Shown: positions 16,475 through 20,000 of the stretch, piece by piece
How positions within the stretch are numbered: position 1 is the stretch's first letter
How the letters are laid out: each line of letters opens with the position of its first letter
Sequence record: DRR378314_1044
Strand: one strand, 5' to 3'
Length of the DNA stretch: 20,000 nt
Translations under genes and position numbers: made by a program
Notes under the pieces: generated by a model
What the model was told of the DNA's origin: nothing
The model's input: only the letters and a program-made list of their open reading frames with translations
The model's database searches: none

Positions 16475-16627
16475 GACGCTCCTCCAAACGGTAGCCTATG
16501 CTACTCTTATTCTGAGTCAATTTGGCTGCTTGTACCGACCTGCTTAAATCCTTGCTTCAAAGGCGCATCGAGGCGCTAGAATGCGATATCCTCTTGAAAA
16601 TTCGCCGAACCCCCAGAAGAGTCTAAG

Positions 16628-16641
16628 TAACTCCGAAGTTA
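16628..16641. promoter_or_regulatory. Imperfect palindrome TAACTCCGAAGTTA, candidate TetR operator
   Basis: TAACT-N4-AGTTA inverted repeat about 20 bp upstream of the tetR start in a divergent intergenic region. Confidence 0.4.
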
Positions 16642-16662
16642 TCACCAAGAGTAGATTGTTCC

Positions 16663-17271
16663 GTGCCAACAAATTCCGACAAGCCTGTTCCAAAGCAAGC
16701 GCGCTCAAAAGAAACTTACGAGAAGATTCTGGCGGCCTCCCAGAAATTGCTGACTGAATCCGGAATTGAGGGATTCAATTCAAACGCAATTGTCGAACGA
16801 GCTGGCATGACACCGCCCGCATTTTATCGATGGTTTCCAAACAAGTACGCAATTCTGGAGGAATTGGCGTCTCGTTTCATGCACGCGCAGAATGTGGTTA
16901 CGCAACAACATCTGAAAGCGTTTGACATGGGCAATACAACCATTGCCGAAACTATTCGGCGCTCACTAGACGAATCTGTCGAGGTGAGCGCGTCATTTGT
17001 AGGCAGTCATGCGATAATGGTGTGTATGCGCGCCATCCCTTCGCTTAGCGAAATTCGGCTAAAGTCCCACGAAGCGATCACGAATGCCCTGGCCACACGT
17101 ATGGTGGAAGTCGGTCTCGCTCCATCCAAAGAGGCGGTCGAAACCAGGTGCCGGCTTGTTGTGGAACTCGGCTATGCAGCAATTGAGTTGGTTTTCGAAA
17201 CCAGTTTGGAAAATCGCAAGGAAGTCGTGGAGCGCACAACCGCTGCATGCACTGCCGCGCTTGGACTGTAA
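16663..17271 (+). CDS. TetR/AcrR family transcriptional regulator
   Basis: PKQARSKETYEKILAAS...GIEGFNSNAIVERAGMTPPAFYRWFPNK helix-turn-helix. 202 aa. Confidence 0.92.
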   Translation: MPTNSDKPVPKQARSKETYEKILAASQKLLTESGIEGFNSNAIVERAGMTPPAFYRWFPNKYAILEELASRFMHAQNVVTQQHLKAFDMGNTTIAETIRRSLDESVEVSASFVGSHAIMVCMRAIPSLSEIRLKSHEAITNALATRMVEVGLAPSKEAVETRCRLVVELGYAAIELVFETSLENRKEVVERTTAACTAALGL

Positions 17272-17524
17272 TTACACTCGCTGATTGGCTTGAATCATAA
17301 AGCCATCACCGGTTGGAGATATCCGCAAAAACTGCCCGCCCTGGCCACATCTCACGATCGGTCAGCAAGTCTAGGGTTGTTGAGATCACCCACTCGGAGA
17401 ATGTGAGGCATGACGACTCTCGGCAACATTTGATTAACCTTGATCTTCAAGATGCACACTTCGAATTGGTGTTCAGACATCATGCGCTTCCCCGAATTTC
17501 GAACTCTGCAAAGGCCGAACAATT

Positions 17525-19834
17525 ATGCCAGCTGCCAAGCAATTAGTCTCCTTCGTCACGTTCCCGCTGGCCCAAATCATTGCGCGTGATCTCGGCGTGC
17601 GAGAGGCGCAGGTTGAGTCAACAATTACCCTGATCGAAGAAGGCGCGACTATCCCGTTCATTGCGCGATATCGCAAGGAGCGCACCGGTGGTCTCGACGA
17701 TACGCAATTGCGGAAACTCGCTGAACGCTATGAATACCTCACAGAGCTACAAGCGCGCCGGGAAACGATCCTCACGTCGATCTCGGATCAAGGTAAACTG
17801 ACGCCCGCGCTTGAGCGAGCGCTTTTGTCCGCGGAAACCAAAGTGGAGTTGGAAGACCTCTACCGTCCCTACAAACCGAAACGGCGAACCAAGGCAACAA
17901 TCGCCCGTCAACAAGGGCTCGAGCCACTCGCTGAAAAACTCCTGGCCGGCGCGGGAAATCCAGAGCGCCTCGCTGCGTCGTTTGTAGATCCAGCAAAAGA
18001 GGTCATCTCAAGCGCTGCAGCACTGGAAGGCGCGCGTGACATTCTGATTGAACGCATGGCGGAAACACCGAACCTCGCGCGACACGCTCGAGAATCGGTT
18101 TGGAAAGCAGGCGAACTGAGCTCCCGATTGGTGAAAGGCAAAGAAGCGGACAAGTTTCGAGACTATGCCGATTTTGCTGAGCCGCTTGAAAAAATGCCAT
18201 CCCATCGCGCGCTCGCCATGCTGCGCGGCGAAAAGGAAGGTATTCTCAAAGTTGGTGTCGGTATCCAGTCGCGAAAAGCAGAAACGCCTCGCGAAGTTAT
18301 CACCCGAATCTGCAAGGAGTTCGGGATTAATGCGTCCGGCAGCGCTGGCGCCAAATGGTTGCAGGAGACAGCTGAAAAAGCCTGGTCAACCAAACTCGCA
18401 AAATCGGGCGCGTCAGACTCCCTCGCCCGTTTGAAATCCAGAGCTGAAGCCGAATCTATTCAAGTTTTTTCCAGCAATCTCAGAGACCTGCTTCTCGCGG
18501 CACCCGCTGGCAAGAAAACCGTTATGGGCATTGACCCGGGCATTCGAACAGGATGCAAAATCGCCGTTATCGATGCGACGGGCAAACTGCTCGAAACTGC
18601 CACGATCTACCCTCATGCCCCACGAAATGATCGCGAAGGCGCACTCAAGACTCTCAGGGAGTTGGCGGCTCGCCACCGCGTAGACCTGGTTGGAGTTGGA
18701 AATGGCACGGCGGGGCGCGAGACCGACGCATTGGTCAGTGATCTCGCAAAGTCTACACCAGACCTAAAACTTGCGAGCCTGATGGTTTCGGAAGCCGGCG
18801 CATCAGTCTACTCCGCGTCCCAGCTCGCCGCAGACGAGTTCCCCGAGCTTGATGTCAGCTTGCGCGGAGCAGTCTCAATCGCCCGCCGCCTACAGGATCC
18901 ACTCGCAGAATTGGTCAAGATCGAGCCAAAGGCCATTGGTGTGGGTCAATACCAGCATGATGTCGATCAGAGCGCGCTCACCCGCTCACTGGCGGCTGTC
19001 GTGGAGGACTGCGTGAATGCAGTCGGCGTTGACGTGAACACCGCCTCTGCACCCCTGCTCACCCACGTATCAGGACTCAATGCAACGCTTGCTGGGAACA
19101 TTGTGGCATTTCGCAACCAGAACGGTCCGTTCAAGACGCGGAAACAATTGAAAAAGGTTCCGCGGATGGGCGCAAAGAGCTTTGAGCAATCGGCTGGCTT
19201 TCTTCGGATTGTCGGCGGCACGGACCCGCTTGATGGCTCTGCGGTCCACCCCGAATCCTATCCGCTTGTGGAGCGTATCGCGAAAGCAACTGGCAACTCG
19301 ATCAAGTCACTGATCGGCAACAAATCCGTCCTCTCACAAATAAACCCGGCAGATTTTGCAGACGAAACTTTCGGAGTTCCCACAGTCCGAGACGTCATCG
19401 CCGAACTCGAAAAGCCTGGACGCGACCCACGTCCGGATTTTCAAACGGCAACTTTCAAAGACGGCGTCAATGAAATCAAAGATCTGTCCCAGGGAATGCA
19501 GCTCGAAGGTGTGGTTACCAATGTGACCGCCTTTGGCGCCTTCGTGGATATCGGCGTCCATCAGGATGGTCTCGTCCACATATCCCAGCTTTCGGATTCC
19601 TTCGTCGAAAACCCTCGAGACGTGGTGAAAGCTGGCGACATTGTTCGCGTGCGAGTTCTGGACATCGACATCGACCAGAAGCGCATTAGCCTGAGCATGA
19701 AGTCATCGACAGAGGCGGCTCAAAAAACGTCCAGCCGTCCGAAGGAACGCACACGCAATAAAGTCGAACCACATCCCAACAAGTCGCGTAAGGCCAGCAG
19801 TCCATTCGATGTGCTGAAATCGCTTAAACGCTAA
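17525..19834 (+). CDS. tex: Tex family RNA-binding transcriptional accessory protein
   Basis: GATIPFIARYRKERTGGLD, YqgF-like GIDPGIRTGCK, SEAGASVYSAS, ARRLQDPLAELVKI, HhH region, S1 domain LEGVVTNVTAFGAFVDIGVHQDGLVHISQL. Confidence 0.97.
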   Translation: MPAAKQLVSFVTFPLAQIIARDLGVREAQVESTITLIEEGATIPFIARYRKERTGGLDDTQLRKLAERYEYLTELQARRETILTSISDQGKLTPALERALLSAETKVELEDLYRPYKPKRRTKATIARQQGLEPLAEKLLAGAGNPERLAASFVDPAKEVISSAAALEGARDILIERMAETPNLARHARESVWKAGELSSRLVKGKEADKFRDYADFAEPLEKMPSHRALAMLRGEKEGILKVGVGIQSRKAETPREVITRICKEFGINASGSAGAKWLQETAEKAWSTKLAKSGASDSLARLKSRAEAESIQVFSSNLRDLLLAAPAGKKTVMGIDPGIRTGCKIAVIDATGKLLETATIYPHAPRNDREGALKTLRELAARHRVDLVGVGNGTAGRETDALVSDLAKSTPDLKLASLMVSEAGASVYSASQLAADEFPELDVSLRGAVSIARRLQDPLAELVKIEPKAIGVGQYQHDVDQSALTRSLAAVVEDCVNAVGVDVNTASAPLLTHVSGLNATLAGNIVAFRNQNGPFKTRKQLKKVPRMGAKSFEQSAGFLRIVGGTDPLDGSAVHPESYPLVERIAKATGNSIKSLIGNKSVLSQINPADFADETFGVPTVRDVIAELEKPGRDPRPDFQTATFKDGVNEIKDLSQGMQLEGVVTNVTAFGAFVDIGVHQDGLVHISQLSDSFVENPRDVVKAGDIVRVRVLDIDIDQKRISLSMKSSTEAAQKTSSRPKERTRNKVEPHPNKSRKASSPFDVLKSLKR

Positions 19835-19862
19835 GGCCCGAAACGCTTGCGATGGGCCTTTT
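19833..19862 (+). terminator. Probable intrinsic terminator of tex
   Basis: AAGGCCC...GGGCCTT stem running into a short T tract immediately after the tex stop codon. Confidence 0.5.
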
Positions 19863-19920
19863 GGATGCCTCATTCGACCGTAGTCTCGAAGAATTTGACC
19901 GCTCAACCGAACTCAGGGGC

Positions 19921-19949
19921 TTGCGATCATGTTGGGGTTTCTCTAGACC
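19921..19949 (+). promoter_or_regulatory. Possible sigma70-type promoter of the tRNA gene
   Basis: TTGCGA-N17-TAGACC ending 14 bp before the tRNA 5' end. Confidence 0.35.
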
Positions 19950-19963
19950 CCGTATTCCGCGCT

Positions 19964-20000
19964 GGAGAGGTGGCCGAGTGGCTGAAGGCGCGCCCCTGCT
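19964..20000 (+). tRNA. tRNA-Ser (anticodon GCT), 5' part, truncated by the window end
   Basis: GGAGAGG TGGCCGAGTGGCTGAAGGCG CGCCC CT GCT: acceptor 5' strand, Ser-type D-arm, anticodon stem 5' side and GCT at 19998-20000. Confidence 0.9.

Noticed and set aside
17272-17524. 253-bp tetR-tex intergenic region with a 77-aa TTG ORF and a small inverted repeat CTTGA-TCT-TCAAG
   Set aside because: No RBS or protein motif and no recognisable ncRNA structure. Most simply the tex promoter region.
19964-20000. tRNA-Ser as the integration site of a genomic island carrying the catabolic cluster
   Set aside because: No integrase, transposase or att-like duplication is visible. The cluster lies 5' of the tRNA and is separated from it by the housekeeping gene tex.
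1-20000. CRISPR arrays, IS elements, prophage or defence genes
   Set aside because: No spaced repeats, terminal inverted repeats or relevant protein motifs were seen. Nearly all of the window is explained by metabolic and regulatory genes.

Overview
GC-rich bacterial chromosomal window, plausibly alphaproteobacterial (an impression from gene content, not established). Bases 21-13755 hold an 11-gene CoA-dependent catabolic cluster for an unknown hydrophobic substrate. It contains two acyl-CoA ligases (one feruloyl-CoA-synthase-like), a DapB-N/amine-dehydrogenase-like oxidoreductase, a tandem-domain HxlR regulator, two SDRs, two non-canonical thiolases, a DUF1295 membrane reductase-like protein, a carotenoid-oxygenase-family dioxygenase and a nitronate-monooxygenase/FabK-like flavoenzyme. 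A shared asymmetric 19-bp motif occurs in all four promoter regions of the cluster and is a candidate HxlR operator. Bases 13756-17271 hold a Tat-exported FAD oxidase plus PLP enzyme pair resembling Pseudomonas SphC/SphD (sphingosine metabolism), divergent from a TetR regulator and with no cytochrome c (sphB) gene. The window ends with tex and the 5' part of tRNA-Ser(GCT). No mobile element, CRISPR array or defence system was seen.
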